A stretch of DNA of 64,000 nt, taken from assembly GCA_046290465.1 (NCBI GenBank), contig JBKAGP010000001.1, positions 4,832,001 through 4,896,000 on the forward strand, written 5' to 3'. Shown piece after piece: positions 48,223-58,660 of the stretch. Made by a program: the position numbers and the translations under genes. The notes below the pieces were generated by a model. The model did no database searches. It was not told the DNA's origin and was given only the letters and a program-made list of their open reading frames with translations. Position 1 is the first letter of the stretch. Each line of letters opens with the position of its first letter. The stretch is from Planctomycetota bacterium. Its GTDB lineage: Bacteria; Planctomycetota; UBA1135; UBA2386.

Positions 48223-48397
48223 GCCGGTTGGCCGCGAGTGCCAGCAATCGCCCGGAACCGTTACCTTCGGGGCCGCGTCCGGCTAGCCCGTCTTGATGGA
48301 GTGGAGACGCCGAGTGCCTGCCCGGCTCGTTGCGCGAGGAATCTCGGGCAACGGGGTTCGCCCGGTCGTCCCGCATGTGCCCTGGGAGAAGCGACCG

Positions 48398-49555
48398 ATG
48401 ACCCCTTGCCTGTTCGTGGCGGCCTTCGTGGCCGCGTTCGTGGCTGCGCCGCGGCCCGAGATGCTGCCGCACCCGACGGTCTACCAGATGGCCAACCGGT
48501 CACGCGCCGTCGTCGAAGGGACCGCCGACGAACGTGGCGTGGTGCGCATCACGCGGCGCTACTTCGTGCATGCGGACGAGCAGATCGGGGCGTCGATCCG
48601 GGTGCCCTCGCTGGTCGGCATGCCGAAGCGGGAACAGAACCTCGGCGGCGTCGCCGGCGACCCGATCCGGCCCGACTCGGTGCTGCTGTTCCTCGCCCGG
48701 CGATCGCACGACGACGTCTGGGAGCCGATCCACCACGTCGGCGACGCGGCGCGCGGCGTCGTGTGGCTGGAGGGTGATGCGGCCTGGGGCTACGCGCAGT
48801 GGATCAACCCGGGGCCGTACCAGCTGTGGCGCTGGGAGATCCAGGACGGCAAGCAGTCGGTTCGCGCCAATCCGAAGGAACTGCGCCAGATCGTCGACCG
48901 TGCGCTCGCCGCGCGCGCCCGCTGGCGTGCTGCGCTCGAGATCGAGGATCCCGACCGGCGCGCCGCCGAACTCGCGAAGTGGTTCTCGCCGTCGACGTCC
49001 CCGGACGGCAAGTGGTGGAGTGGCCGCGTCTGGCCGGACCTGCTGCAGGCGAGCGACGCGCTCGGCGCCCGCATGGCCCGGCCACTCGGGCGCATCGTGC
49101 AGGTGGACGCCGATCCGCAGGCGGTCGCGACCGCGGCCGATGCGCTGGGTCGCCTGGGGGCGCGGGGTCGCGCCGCGACGCCGAGCCTGATCGCGCGGTT
49201 GCGCGACCTGCGCGGCGCGCAGCCGATCTTCCTGGTGCGTTCGCTGCACCGCCTGGCCGACCCGCGGGCGGCGGACGTGCTGCGCGACCTGATGCGGCAT
49301 GAGGACCTGTTCGTCGTCGCCGAAGCGGCCGCGGCGCTGCAGGCGGCCGGCGCCGATGGCGTCGCGCCGCTGCTTCTAGAACGGTTCCCCAGGGCGATCA
49401 CGACGCCGGTCGAGCGCGGCGCGGTCGCGACGATGCTCGGCGTGCTGCGCGACCTGGACGAGGGCGAGGCCGAGCGGCTGGTGCTCGAGCGCTACCGCGA
49501 CGACGAGCAGCTGATGATGCAGCGCCCGTGGCTGCGTCGCCTGCGTCGCTCCTGA
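48398..49555 (+). CDS. Secreted protein with HEAT-like repeats
   Basis: Signal-like MTPCLFVAAF...; C-terminal AADALGRLG / LHRLADPRA / AAAALQ helical repeats. Confidence 0.6.
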   Translation: MTPCLFVAAFVAAFVAAPRPEMLPHPTVYQMANRSRAVVEGTADERGVVRITRRYFVHADEQIGASIRVPSLVGMPKREQNLGGVAGDPIRPDSVLLFLARRSHDDVWEPIHHVGDAARGVVWLEGDAAWGYAQWINPGPYQLWRWEIQDGKQSVRANPKELRQIVDRALAARARWRAALEIEDPDRRAAELAKWFSPSTSPDGKWWSGRVWPDLLQASDALGARMARPLGRIVQVDADPQAVATAADALGRLGARGRAATPSLIARLRDLRGAQPIFLVRSLHRLADPRAADVLRDLMRHEDLFVVAEAAAALQAAGADGVAPLLLERFPRAITTPVERGAVATMLGVLRDLDEGEAERLVLERYRDDEQLMMQRPWLRRLRRS

Positions 49556-49930
49556 TCGCACTGATCACTTGGTTGTTGGTCTTCGCGGCGCGCCTGCCAG
49601 GCGACCTGATCGCGTAGATCCGCCCGGGTGCAGTCGGGTCGCTGGGCCGGCCTCGAGGTCGATCCGGTCCTTTTCCGGCAGGTTCGTGGCCTTTGCCGGC
49701 CCGAAGTCGCGGCATCCGTTCCACGCGCCGGCAAACACCAACAGCCAAGTGGTCAGCTGCATCGGGATCCGTCGGGGCGTATTTGCTCGGACGGAATTCG
49801 CACATCGACCCCCCGACCCCCGTTGATCCCCGTCGAAACCACGAGGTAGGTTTATCCCGCCTGTCTCCCGTGTCCCGATGCCCTTCGGGCCCACTGCCTC
49901 GCCCCCGTCTTCGATCAGACTGAGGTCTCC

Positions 49931-52531
49931 GTGCGTCTTTCCACCCTCTACATCTCGCTGGCAGTGATGTCAGCAACCGCTGGTCTGCGCGCCCAGTGGG
50001 TCACCTACTCCAACCAGACGAACAACCGCGTCTCGGCAGCCGCCTCCCTGGTCACCGGCGACCAGCAGGAGAAGGACTACGCCTGGGGCGACCTGGACAA
50101 GGATGGTGACATCGATCTCGTGATCGTGCGCAAGCAGCCGTTCACGACTGGCGGCCACTTCCCCAACGTTCTGCTGATGAACGAGAACGGCGTGCTGACC
50201 GATCGCTCGGCCACGCTGACGACGTCGACCGTCGCGGGCAGCTCGGGCTTCCTCGACGCGACCAACGACCGCGACGTGGTCATCGCCGACATCAACGGCG
50301 ACGGCTGGGACGACGTGATCACCGCGACGACGCTGACGGCCGGCATGCCGACCTACATCCGCGCCAACCGCGTCTACATCAACCAGGGTGAGCAGAACGG
50401 CGTCTGGCAGGGCCTGCTCTACGACGATGCCCTGCGCATCGACGACACGCCCTACAACGGCGAGCACCGCTTCTGCTCGGTGGCGGCAGGCGACGTCGAC
50501 GGAGACGGCGATGTCGACCTCTACTTCGGCGACTACCAGCAGGGTGGCACGCGCTCGATCGACGTCAACGACCGCCTGCTGATCAACGACGGCACCGGCT
50601 ACTTCACCGACGAGTCGTCGACCCGCATGACCGTCACGATGCTCGAGTCGTCGTTCGGCATGAAGGTGGCGATCCACGACATGAACAACGACGGCAAGCT
50701 CGACATCCTCAAGGATGACGCGCTGAACGCGCCGCAGGCCGTGTCGATCAGCTACAACAACACGGCGACCGAGGGCGTCTTCGGCGACTACACGTTGCCC
50801 TACGGCAACCAGCCGTACCACTTCAACCTCGGTGACCTGAACAACGACGGCTGGACCGACTTCATCGTCAGCGACGACGGTCAGGACCAGTACGTGCTCA
50901 ACCAGGGCGCGACCGGCAGCCAGCCGGCGCAGTTCAGCAACCCGATCGCGTTCAGCTACAGCGGTGGCGGCAACGACGACGGCTTCGGCGGCAACAACAT
51001 CATCGCCGACCTCGACAACGACGGCTGGGCCGACGCGATCGTCGCCGACGTCGACGTCGACATCTCCGGCTGCAACCGTCGCTGCCACATCTTCCGCAAC
51101 CTCGGCAACGCGCCGAACGTCACGCTGCAGGAGCAGATCGTCAACGGCCAGGTGGTCGGCGGCATCACGCCGGCGGCGCTGCAGGGCACGTTCGACGTGG
51201 CGATCTTCGACATCGACGGCGACGGCTGGAAGGACCTGGTCGTCGGTCGCTGCACCGGCACCGAGGTCTACATGTGCGTGCCGCCGGTCGGTCTGACGTT
51301 TGCGTTCGTCGGCGGTCTGCCGTCGATGATCGCGCCGGGCGTTGCCCAGCAGGTCACCGTCGACGCCACCGGCATCGGCGGCGTCACGCCGGTCGCCGGC
51401 ACGGGCGAGCTGTTCTACTCGATCAACAACGCGCCCTTCCAGTCGATCGCGATGAGCGACTCGGGCCCGGGTCAGTTCCAGGCGACGCTGCCGGCGATGC
51501 CCAACTGCGCCGACGGGATCCGCTTCTATGTCAGCGCGCAGGGCAGCAACGGCTCGGTCTACAACGATCCGCCGGCGGCCCCGTCGGGCTACTACTCGGC
51601 CGTCGCCGCGGTCAGCCTCGACACGATCTACTCCAACAACTTCGAGCAGAACGACACCGGCTGGACGGTCGTCAACACCAACCTGACGACGGGTGCGTGG
51701 GAACGCGCCACGCCCAACGGCACCACTCAGGGTGCGGAGATCGCCGCGCCGTTCGACGACGCCGAGGCCGGTGCCGCGACCTTCTGCATGGTCACCGAGA
51801 ACGGCCTGCCCGGCGGTTCGGTCGGCACGGCCGACGTCGACGGCGGCCCGACCGACCTGATCTCGCCGCAGCTCGACTTCGGCGGCACGGACGGCTTCAT
51901 CAGCTACCAGCGCTGGTTCTACTCGAGCGGCGCCGACGTGCTCGAGGTCGCGGTGTCGGGCGACGGCACCAACTGGGTCACGGTCGAGGTCGTCGACGGC
52001 GACAACAACGAGTGGACCCTCAACCAGTTCCGCGTCGGTGCGTTCATCACGCCGACGTCGACCGTGCAGGTCCGCTTCCGCACCGCGGACGTCAGCCCGG
52101 GCAGCATCGTCGAAGCCGCGCTCGACGTCTTCAAGGCGGAGACGTTCAACTGCGACTGGTGCCAGCCGACGTTCCCGCTGACCACGATCGGCACCGGCAC
52201 GCTGTCGATGTGCGGCGACCAGCTCTCGGCCACGACGCCGAGCACGACGCTCAAGGTCGAGAACGTGCCGCCGTCGGCCTACTCACTGCTGCTGTTCGAC
52301 GCGTTCGCCGTGCCGGTCACGTCGCCGTGGAACAGCGGTGAGCTGATCAGCGCCGGGCCCGGCACGATCGGTCCGCTGTTCGCCAACGCCAGCGGCGAGA
52401 TCTCGATCCCGCTCAACATCGGTGGCCTGCTGCCGCCGGGCTGGGCGATCTACCTGCAGGGGCTCTACACCGACGCCTCGCTGCCGGGTCAGGTCGGCAT
52501 CACCAACGCGCTGCGCGTCGAGTGGTACTGA
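49931..52531 (+). CDS. Large secreted FG-GAP repeat protein with a jelly-roll-like domain and the shared C-terminal domain
   Basis: Signal peptide; multiple D.D.DG..D repeats; NFEQ...GW...GAWE...LISP..D segment. Confidence 0.85.
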   Translation: MRLSTLYISLAVMSATAGLRAQWVTYSNQTNNRVSAAASLVTGDQQEKDYAWGDLDKDGDIDLVIVRKQPFTTGGHFPNVLLMNENGVLTDRSATLTTSTVAGSSGFLDATNDRDVVIADINGDGWDDVITATTLTAGMPTYIRANRVYINQGEQNGVWQGLLYDDALRIDDTPYNGEHRFCSVAAGDVDGDGDVDLYFGDYQQGGTRSIDVNDRLLINDGTGYFTDESSTRMTVTMLESSFGMKVAIHDMNNDGKLDILKDDALNAPQAVSISYNNTATEGVFGDYTLPYGNQPYHFNLGDLNNDGWTDFIVSDDGQDQYVLNQGATGSQPAQFSNPIAFSYSGGGNDDGFGGNNIIADLDNDGWADAIVADVDVDISGCNRRCHIFRNLGNAPNVTLQEQIVNGQVVGGITPAALQGTFDVAIFDIDGDGWKDLVVGRCTGTEVYMCVPPVGLTFAFVGGLPSMIAPGVAQQVTVDATGIGGVTPVAGTGELFYSINNAPFQSIAMSDSGPGQFQATLPAMPNCADGIRFYVSAQGSNGSVYNDPPAAPSGYYSAVAAVSLDTIYSNNFEQNDTGWTVVNTNLTTGAWERATPNGTTQGAEIAAPFDDAEAGAATFCMVTENGLPGGSVGTADVDGGPTDLISPQLDFGGTDGFISYQRWFYSSGADVLEVAVSGDGTNWVTVEVVDGDNNEWTLNQFRVGAFITPTSTVQVRFRTADVSPGSIVEAALDVFKAETFNCDWCQPTFPLTTIGTGTLSMCGDQLSATTPSTTLKVENVPPSAYSLLLFDAFAVPVTSPWNSGELISAGPGTIGPLFANASGEISIPLNIGGLLPPGWAIYLQGLYTDASLPGQVGITNALRVEWY

Positions 52532-52703
52532 TCGACCCGACGCCACCCGCCGCGGCGCAAGCTGCGGTGCCGACGAAGGCCCGCGTCCCGCACCAGTGCG
52601 GGCGCGGGCCTTCTCGCTGTCTGGTAGACTTCTCGAACCTGCCATTCCCGTTCCGATCCCCAAGCCTCCCCGGGGCGGGCGCACTCCACAGGAATCTCGT
52701 CAC

Positions 52704-54551
52704 ATGCGTTCCCTCGCACCTTCCCTATTGCTCGTGTCCGTCGCGGCGCCGCTGCTGGCGCAGTCGCCGCAGCCCAAGATGGGCGATCCGCTGTCGGGCC
52801 TCACGGCCACGCAGCTGCAGGCCTTCGAAGACGGCCGCACCGACTTCGGCACGCCGCTCGACGCGGCCGGCGGCCTCGGCCCGATCTTCAACCAGGTCAG
52901 TTGCGCCAACTGCCACAACAACCCGGTCGGCGGCCCCGGCGGCACGACCGTGACGCGCTTCGGCTACGACGACGGCAAGGGCGGCTTCGACCCGCTGGCG
53001 GGCCTCGGTGGTTCGCTGCTGCAGTCGGGCGCGATCGCGCCGGGCGCGGCCGAGGTGATCCCGGCCGCGGCCAACATCACCTCGCAGCGCGTCACCCCGA
53101 GTGCGCTCGGCGCCGGCCTGATCGAGGCGATCCCGGACGCCGACATCGAGGCCAACGAGACCAACCCGCCGAGCGCCAACGTCAGCGGCCGCGTGCACTG
53201 GGTGCAGCCGCTCGAGGACCCGACCGGTCCGCTGCGCGCCGGCCGCATGGGTTGGAAGGCACAGGTCGCGACGGTGCTGACGTTCTCCGGGGACGCCGCC
53301 CTCAACGAGATGGGCCTCACCAACCGCCTGGTTCCGACCGAGAACGCGCCGAACGGCAACCTCGCGATCCTGGCGCAGTACGACACGGTCGCCGATCCGG
53401 AGGACGGCCCCGACGCCAACGGTCTCGACTTCATCGACCGCATCACCAACTTCCAGCGCTACCTCGCCGCGCCGCCGCAGACGCCCAAGGCGGGCATGAC
53501 CGGCGAGACGATCTTCGGCAGCGTCGGCTGCGCCGACTGCCACGTCTCGACCTGGACGACCAGCAACGACCCGGCGCTCGAGGCGGCGATCCGCAACCAG
53601 ACGATCAAGCCGTACAGCGACTTCCTGCTGCACGACATGGGTGTCTCGGCCGACTTCATCGGCGACGGCGACGCGACCACGCAGGAACTGCGCACGCCGA
53701 GCCTGTGGGGCGTGCGTTCGCGCAACGCGCTGTGGCACGACGGCCGCGTCGTCGGTGGCACGCTCGAGACGCGCATCCTCGGCGCCGGCGGCATCATCGA
53801 CCTGCACGCGTCGCTCGGCAGCGAGTCGCGCCCGTCGGCGCTGGCGTTCCAGGCGCTGTCGAATGCCGACCAGCTGGCGGTCGTCGCGTTCCTCGATTCG
53901 CTCGGTCGCGCAGAGTTCGACTTCGACGGCGACAACGATCGCGACCAGGACGACCTGGCGGCGTTCGTCGCGGCGATGGGCGGCGGCCCCTACACGGCGG
54001 ACGACGCCGAGGCGGTCTTCGACATCAACCAGGACGGCTTCGTCGACATCCTCGATCGCGACGCGTTCGCGCTCGTCTACGAGGGCGACTGCAACAACAA
54101 CGGCGTCAACGACCTGGCGGACGTGGTCTTCGGCGGCTTCGACGACGCCAACGAGAACCTGCTGCCCGACGGCTGCGAGCACTGCCAGACCGACCTCGGC
54201 TTCGCCGGCGCCGGCACGCTGCGCCTCGACATCTGCGGCGACGTGCTGACCGACGTCGGTTCGCGCGCATCGTTCCAGCTGGTCGACGGTCCGGTGACCG
54301 CGCCGGTGATCATCGGCATTGGCGTCGCGCAGAACCCGTACCTGATCACGCCGACCGAGTACCTGGTCCCGCTAGAGCCGCTGGCCGCGGTCGTCGAGTT
54401 CTTCATGACCGACGCCAACGGCGAACTGCACGTGCCGCTGATCGGCGGCGGCAACTTCCCGACGTCGACCTGGGTGTTCCAGGCGGCCACGTTCGACGGC
54501 ACCAACTACGACCTGTCGAACGCCCTCGAGGTCGAGGTCGGCGCCTTCTAG
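52704..54551 (+). CDS. Di-heme oxidoreductase (DHOR/DUF1111-like) with EF-hand/dockerin-like repeats and the shared C-terminal domain
   Basis: GLGPIFN..SCANCH, GAGLIEAIPD, GRMGWKAQ, GCADCH, YSDFLLHDMG, RTPSLWG, HDGR; start ATG 52704. Confidence 0.88.
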   Translation: MRSLAPSLLLVSVAAPLLAQSPQPKMGDPLSGLTATQLQAFEDGRTDFGTPLDAAGGLGPIFNQVSCANCHNNPVGGPGGTTVTRFGYDDGKGGFDPLAGLGGSLLQSGAIAPGAAEVIPAAANITSQRVTPSALGAGLIEAIPDADIEANETNPPSANVSGRVHWVQPLEDPTGPLRAGRMGWKAQVATVLTFSGDAALNEMGLTNRLVPTENAPNGNLAILAQYDTVADPEDGPDANGLDFIDRITNFQRYLAAPPQTPKAGMTGETIFGSVGCADCHVSTWTTSNDPALEAAIRNQTIKPYSDFLLHDMGVSADFIGDGDATTQELRTPSLWGVRSRNALWHDGRVVGGTLETRILGAGGIIDLHASLGSESRPSALAFQALSNADQLAVVAFLDSLGRAEFDFDGDNDRDQDDLAAFVAAMGGGPYTADDAEAVFDINQDGFVDILDRDAFALVYEGDCNNNGVNDLADVVFGGFDDANENLLPDGCEHCQTDLGFAGAGTLRLDICGDVLTDVGSRASFQLVDGPVTAPVIIGIGVAQNPYLITPTEYLVPLEPLAAVVEFFMTDANGELHVPLIGGGNFPTSTWVFQAATFDGTNYDLSNALEVEVGAF

Positions 54552-54724
54552 GGCCGACGGCGATCCCCGATCGAACGAGGCGCGGGCGCTCCGCTTCGGG
54601 GTGTCCGCGTTCTTCGTACCAAGGCCCGGTGGCACCGGCGCCTGAGTGTGAGGAAATCGTGAAGATGGCGGCGCCGCGCCGCATGGAGGTCGGGCGTGTG
54701 GCACCATTCTCCGCCCAAACCCCT

Positions 54725-55672
54725 ATGCGTTACGCCAGCCTCAGCCTTCTGCTCGTCCTCGCCATCAGCTGCGACAGCGGCAGCGATGCCCCGGTCACGC
54801 CGACGGTCTCCTTCGAGCCGACGCTCGCGGTCACGGAGGACAACGCGCTCGACTTCGCCAGGGTCGGCATGCGCGCGGTCTTCGACCTGCCCAACCTCGC
54901 CTACATCGGCGCGAGCTTCCTGCGCCAGCCGGTGCCGCAGGACCCCAACGCGCCGAGCAACCCGGGCACGCCGGTGACGCTGTCGGCCGAACGCGCCGGC
55001 CCGGACGGCGGCACCGCCGTCTACTCGTGGGAGGACATCCGTGTCGACAACCTGTTCAGCACGGACGACATCATCACGATCAACTTCGAGGACTACGCCG
55101 ACGGCGACCTGACGCTCAACGGCATCATGATCATCGACGACCTGCGCACGCAGGGCACGGTGACGCAGGGCGGTGGCACCTGGCTCGCGGACGCGACGCT
55201 GCGGCTGCTCAACCTCGAGGTGCAGCTCGGCGCCGGCACGTTCATCCTCAACGAAGAGCTGCCGTTCCGCGTCGAGAACCGCGAGCTGATCGAGATCTTC
55301 GACCTGTTCCTGTTCGAGGACCTGTTCCTCGGCGAGTTCGAGATGAAGCAGAACTCGCGCTGGCTGCGTTACGAGACCGACGACGAGCTGAGCTACCAGG
55401 TCGACGGCTTCGCGTTCTCGCCGGAGCTCGACGGCGTGGTGCGCTTCAAGACCGACAGCGTGGTGTTCGTCAACACGTTCAGCGGCAACCCGACCGAGGG
55501 CTTCGTGGTCGTCAACGGCACGCCCGGCACGTTCATCGAGGTCCAGTCGACGTCGATCTGCTCGCTGCCGATCCCGCTGCCGTGCACGTTCGACGTGCGC
55601 GTCGAGGAGGACGGCGAAGAGGGCTTCGAGACGACCCTGCAGATCACCGCGCCCGAACTGCTGCCGCAGTAG
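54725..55672 (+). CDS. Acidic hypothetical lipoprotein
   Basis: Start MRYASL at ATG 54725; lipobox AISC. Confidence 0.7.
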   Translation: MRYASLSLLLVLAISCDSGSDAPVTPTVSFEPTLAVTEDNALDFARVGMRAVFDLPNLAYIGASFLRQPVPQDPNAPSNPGTPVTLSAERAGPDGGTAVYSWEDIRVDNLFSTDDIITINFEDYADGDLTLNGIMIIDDLRTQGTVTQGGGTWLADATLRLLNLEVQLGAGTFILNEELPFRVENRELIEIFDLFLFEDLFLGEFEMKQNSRWLRYETDDELSYQVDGFAFSPELDGVVRFKTDSVVFVNTFSGNPTEGFVVVNGTPGTFIEVQSTSICSLPIPLPCTFDVRVEEDGEEGFETTLQITAPELLPQ

Positions 55673-56035
55673 TCGCGTCGCTCCGCGGCAGCAGATCCGG
55701 GGCCCGCGAGGTCCCGGCTGGCCGCTCGCAGGCGACGGCGACTGGATCGACGATCACCTGTCGCGTCGACTACGAGTTCGCGCCGTGTGCGCAGCAGTTG
55801 ATGGCCGACTTCGCCAGGCTGTGGGCCGAGCAGCTCGTACCGCAGCGTCAAGGCTGGCTGGACAACCGCAAGTAGCGTGCGGCACCCGTGTTCGCGCCGA
55901 ATCGCCGAGTGTTGGCGTAAGGGGAGATAATCCAACAGACTCGCGCTCGCGCGCGAAGCTGCGATCATCGTGGTTCGCCGCTGCATCACGGGGATGCGGC
56001 GCGGCTGCCTTCTGCTCCCCTCCCCGGAGGTCCCG

Positions 56036-56803
56036 ATGATCGTCAAAGGAATCGCGCTCACCGCTCTCGTCGCTACGACGCCCCTCGCCCTGTTCGTCTC
56101 GCAGGATCCTGCCAAGCAGGATCCCAAGCCTGCCGTGCAGCGGCAGGAGAAGCCGCAGCCGCGCACCGGCGAGCTCCGTCGCGCCGAGTCCAACGTCAAG
56201 CGCGCGCGCGCCGAGCTGAAGAACGCGCAGCGCGACCTGGCGCGGTTGCGCGACCAGCTCAACGCCGCGCTCGACCGCCTCGACCAGCACGTCACGCCGC
56301 AGCGTGAGTCCAACTGCGCGCCGTCGCGCAACCGCACGCTGATGTCGCACTACCAGTGGCTGCGGGACCAGGGCCACCAGCAGCGCGCGCAGGGCACGCT
56401 GGCGTCGGTCGTCAAGCGCGTCGGCGACGACCCGGGCCGCCTCAACAGCGTTGCCTGGGACCTGATGACCGACAAGGCGACCGCCGGCAAGTTCGACGAG
56501 ATGGCGCTGGCGATGACCGAGCGCATGGAGGCGCTGGTCGCCAAGTCGAGCCGCCGTCGCGGCCAGAGCCACTACAACTACCTCGACACCGCGGCGCTCG
56601 CGAACTTCCTCAACGGCAACGTCGAGAAGGCGATCACCCTGCAGCGCACGGCGATCGAGCGCGGCGGCCGCAGCGACGACTTCCGCCGGCGTCTGCGCAC
56701 CTACGAGGCCGCGCAGAGCGCGCTGGTCAAGGCGACGCAGGCCAAGCCGCTGCCGGCCGCGACGATGGTCGCGACCAACCAGGAAGAGGAAGACGAGGAG
56801 TAG
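56036..56803 (+). CDS. Secreted coiled-coil/TPR-like protein
   Basis: GGAGG RBS; signal peptide; LNSVAW...YLDTAA...G..EKAI.LQ..A TPR-like motif. Confidence 0.7.
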   Translation: MIVKGIALTALVATTPLALFVSQDPAKQDPKPAVQRQEKPQPRTGELRRAESNVKRARAELKNAQRDLARLRDQLNAALDRLDQHVTPQRESNCAPSRNRTLMSHYQWLRDQGHQQRAQGTLASVVKRVGDDPGRLNSVAWDLMTDKATAGKFDEMALAMTERMEALVAKSSRRRGQSHYNYLDTAALANFLNGNVEKAITLQRTAIERGGRSDDFRRRLRTYEAAQSALVKATQAKPLPAATMVATNQEEEDEE

Positions 56804-56824
56804 CCTCGCTCGCGGCGCCGCGCG

Positions 56825-57538
56825 CTACGGGCGCGGTGCCTCGCCGTCGCCGGCGCCATCGGCGTCGGCCGCGGCCGCCTGCTGTTCGGCGGCTTCGGCC
56901 TCGCGCTCGGCGCGGATCTGCTCGCGCGCCTCGACCTGCATCGCGGTCGTGTGGCGGGACACGATGCCGAACGCCGAGCCGAGCCCGAGCAGCACGAACA
57001 GGATGTCGAGCGGGTGGAAGTCCTCCTTGAGGTACTCCACGAACCCGAACTGCGCCTGCAGGTTGCCGGCCTCGAAGGTGCGCCAGTCGGCGAGCGTGCG
57101 ATCCGACTCCGCGAGCCAGTTCAGGCGCGGCGCGACCACCGTGCGGAACTCGGCGGCGCTGTCGACATCGTATTCGCGATCGAGCGCGAACTCGGTGACC
57201 TGCTCGTCCGTCGGGCTGGCGCCGAGCGCCTTCCACGCGGTCGCGTCGGCCTTGTAGGCGTCGAACATGTCGTCGGGGAAGGCCTGCTGGGCTGCTTCGT
57301 CGAGCACCGCCTGGTAGGTCGCGTAGCGACCGGTGCCGATCGCCAGCACCGCCAGCACGGCCGCGACGACCGCCAGCATCTGGCCGTGGCCACCGCCCTT
57401 GACCATCGCCAAGCCGATCAGCGCGCCGACGCCCCAGGCGATCCAGCCGATCTGCACGTTGGCGTAGATCGCCAGGGCGGCCCAGACCGCGGCGCCGGCA
57501 AAGGCGGCGCCGCCGGCGAACAGCAGCGCGCGGGTCAT
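56825..57538 (-). CDS. Hypothetical membrane protein
   Basis: Start MTRALLF at 57538 inside the long 56825..60058 shadow ORF; AAVWAA...IGWIAWGVGALIG. Confidence 0.7.
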   Translation of the reverse strand: MTRALLFAGGAAFAGAAVWAALAIYANVQIGWIAWGVGALIGLAMVKGGGHGQMLAVVAAVLAVLAIGTGRYATYQAVLDEAAQQAFPDDMFDAYKADATAWKALGASPTDEQVTEFALDREYDVDSAAEFRTVVAPRLNWLAESDRTLADWRTFEAGNLQAQFGFVEYLKEDFHPLDILFVLLGLGSAFGIVSRHTTAMQVEAREQIRAEREAEAAEQQAAAADADGAGDGEAPRP

Positions 57539-57673
57539 GTTTGGCTCGGGCAGGAGATCCTCGGTGCGCACGTGGCGTGAGGACGTTCGGGGGCGTTCTT
57601 CCACGCGCGCATCTTGCCGGTCCAGGACGGCATTTTCTCGTTCGCAGTCGGATCGCGCGCTTTGATGCGGTGC

Positions 57674-58630
57674 ATGCGAGGTGGCGCAGCAGGGACCCGG
57701 GCGATCGTCATCGGCTGCGGCGTGATCGGGATCACCACCGCGCTGCGGCTGCGCGGCGACGGCTGGCGCGTCGAGATCTGGACGCGCGACGAGCCCGACG
57801 CGACCACGTCGGCGGTCGCCGGTGCGATCTGGTATCCGTTCCTGGCCGAGCCGCGCCAGCGCGTGGCGCGCTGGAGCGCCGCGACCTACGAGCGTCTGCG
57901 CACGCTGGCGGCCACGCCGGCCACCGGGGTGCGCATGGGCGACGTGGTCGAGGTGTTCGACCACGACGATCCCGACCTGTGGTGGGCGGGCAGCGTGCCG
58001 GACGCGCACTGCCTCGCCGCTGCCGAACTGCCACCGGGCTACCGCGCCGGCGTGCGTGCCAGCGTGCCGATCTGCGACGTGCCGCGTCACCTCACGTGGC
58101 TGCTCGCCGAACTGCGGGCCGCCGACGTCGCGATCGTCCGGCGCACCGTGGCCTCGCTCGACGAGCCGCTCGCGCACGCCGACCTGGTCGTCAACTGCAC
58201 CGGCCTCGGCGCGCGAAAGCTGTGCGACGACGCGGAGCTGCGCCCGGTTCGTGGCCAGGTGCTGCGCGTGACCGGCGCCACCGTCGACGCCGCGTGGATC
58301 GACGACACCACGCCGCGGCCGCGCTACGTGATCCCGCGCGCTGACGACGTCGTCGTCGGCGGCACCGCCCAGACCGACGACGAACGGCTGGCGCCCGATC
58401 CCGCCGATACCGCCGCCATCCTCGCAGACGCGGTGCGCGCGATGCCGCAGCTGCGCGATGCGACGATCGAGCAGGTCCGCGTCGGCCTGCGGCCATATCG
58501 CTCGACCGTTCGTCTGGAGCGCGACGATCGCGATGGCAAGGCGCTCGTGCACAACTACGGCCACGGCGGCAGCGGCTATACGGTCTGCTGGGGCTGTGCC
58601 GATGAGGTCGCTTCGCTCGCGCGCGGTTGA
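57674..58630 (+). CDS. FAD-dependent D-amino acid oxidase family protein
   Basis: VIGCGVIG, TTSAVAGA, VVNCTGLGA, PVRGQV, GLRPYR, HNYGHGGSG...WG.A; start uncertain (57665 or 57674). Confidence 0.88.
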   Translation: MRGGAAGTRAIVIGCGVIGITTALRLRGDGWRVEIWTRDEPDATTSAVAGAIWYPFLAEPRQRVARWSAATYERLRTLAATPATGVRMGDVVEVFDHDDPDLWWAGSVPDAHCLAAAELPPGYRAGVRASVPICDVPRHLTWLLAELRAADVAIVRRTVASLDEPLAHADLVVNCTGLGARKLCDDAELRPVRGQVLRVTGATVDAAWIDDTTPRPRYVIPRADDVVVGGTAQTDDERLAPDPADTAAILADAVRAMPQLRDATIEQVRVGLRPYRSTVRLERDDRDGKALVHNYGHGGSGYTVCWGCADEVASLARG

Positions 58631-58660
58631 CGCGCGCGCCGCAGGCGGCACGTTGTTGGC

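Noticed and set aside
49556..49930. Possible riboswitch (GGCAAAC suggested c-di-GMP-I)
   Set aside because: The remaining consensus elements and stems were not found by eye; an Rfam scan would be needed.
54169..54190. CEHC in the DHOR protein (and CDWC in the 49931 protein) as extra heme sites
   Set aside because: These are CxxCQ, lacking the His of CxxCH; more likely disulfides of the shared C-terminal domain.
55673..55875. Short coding-like stretch (...VDYEFAPCAQQLMADFARLWAEQLVPQRQGWLDNRK*)
   Set aside because: It may be a gene remnant, but has no clear start or recognisable family, so it is not called.
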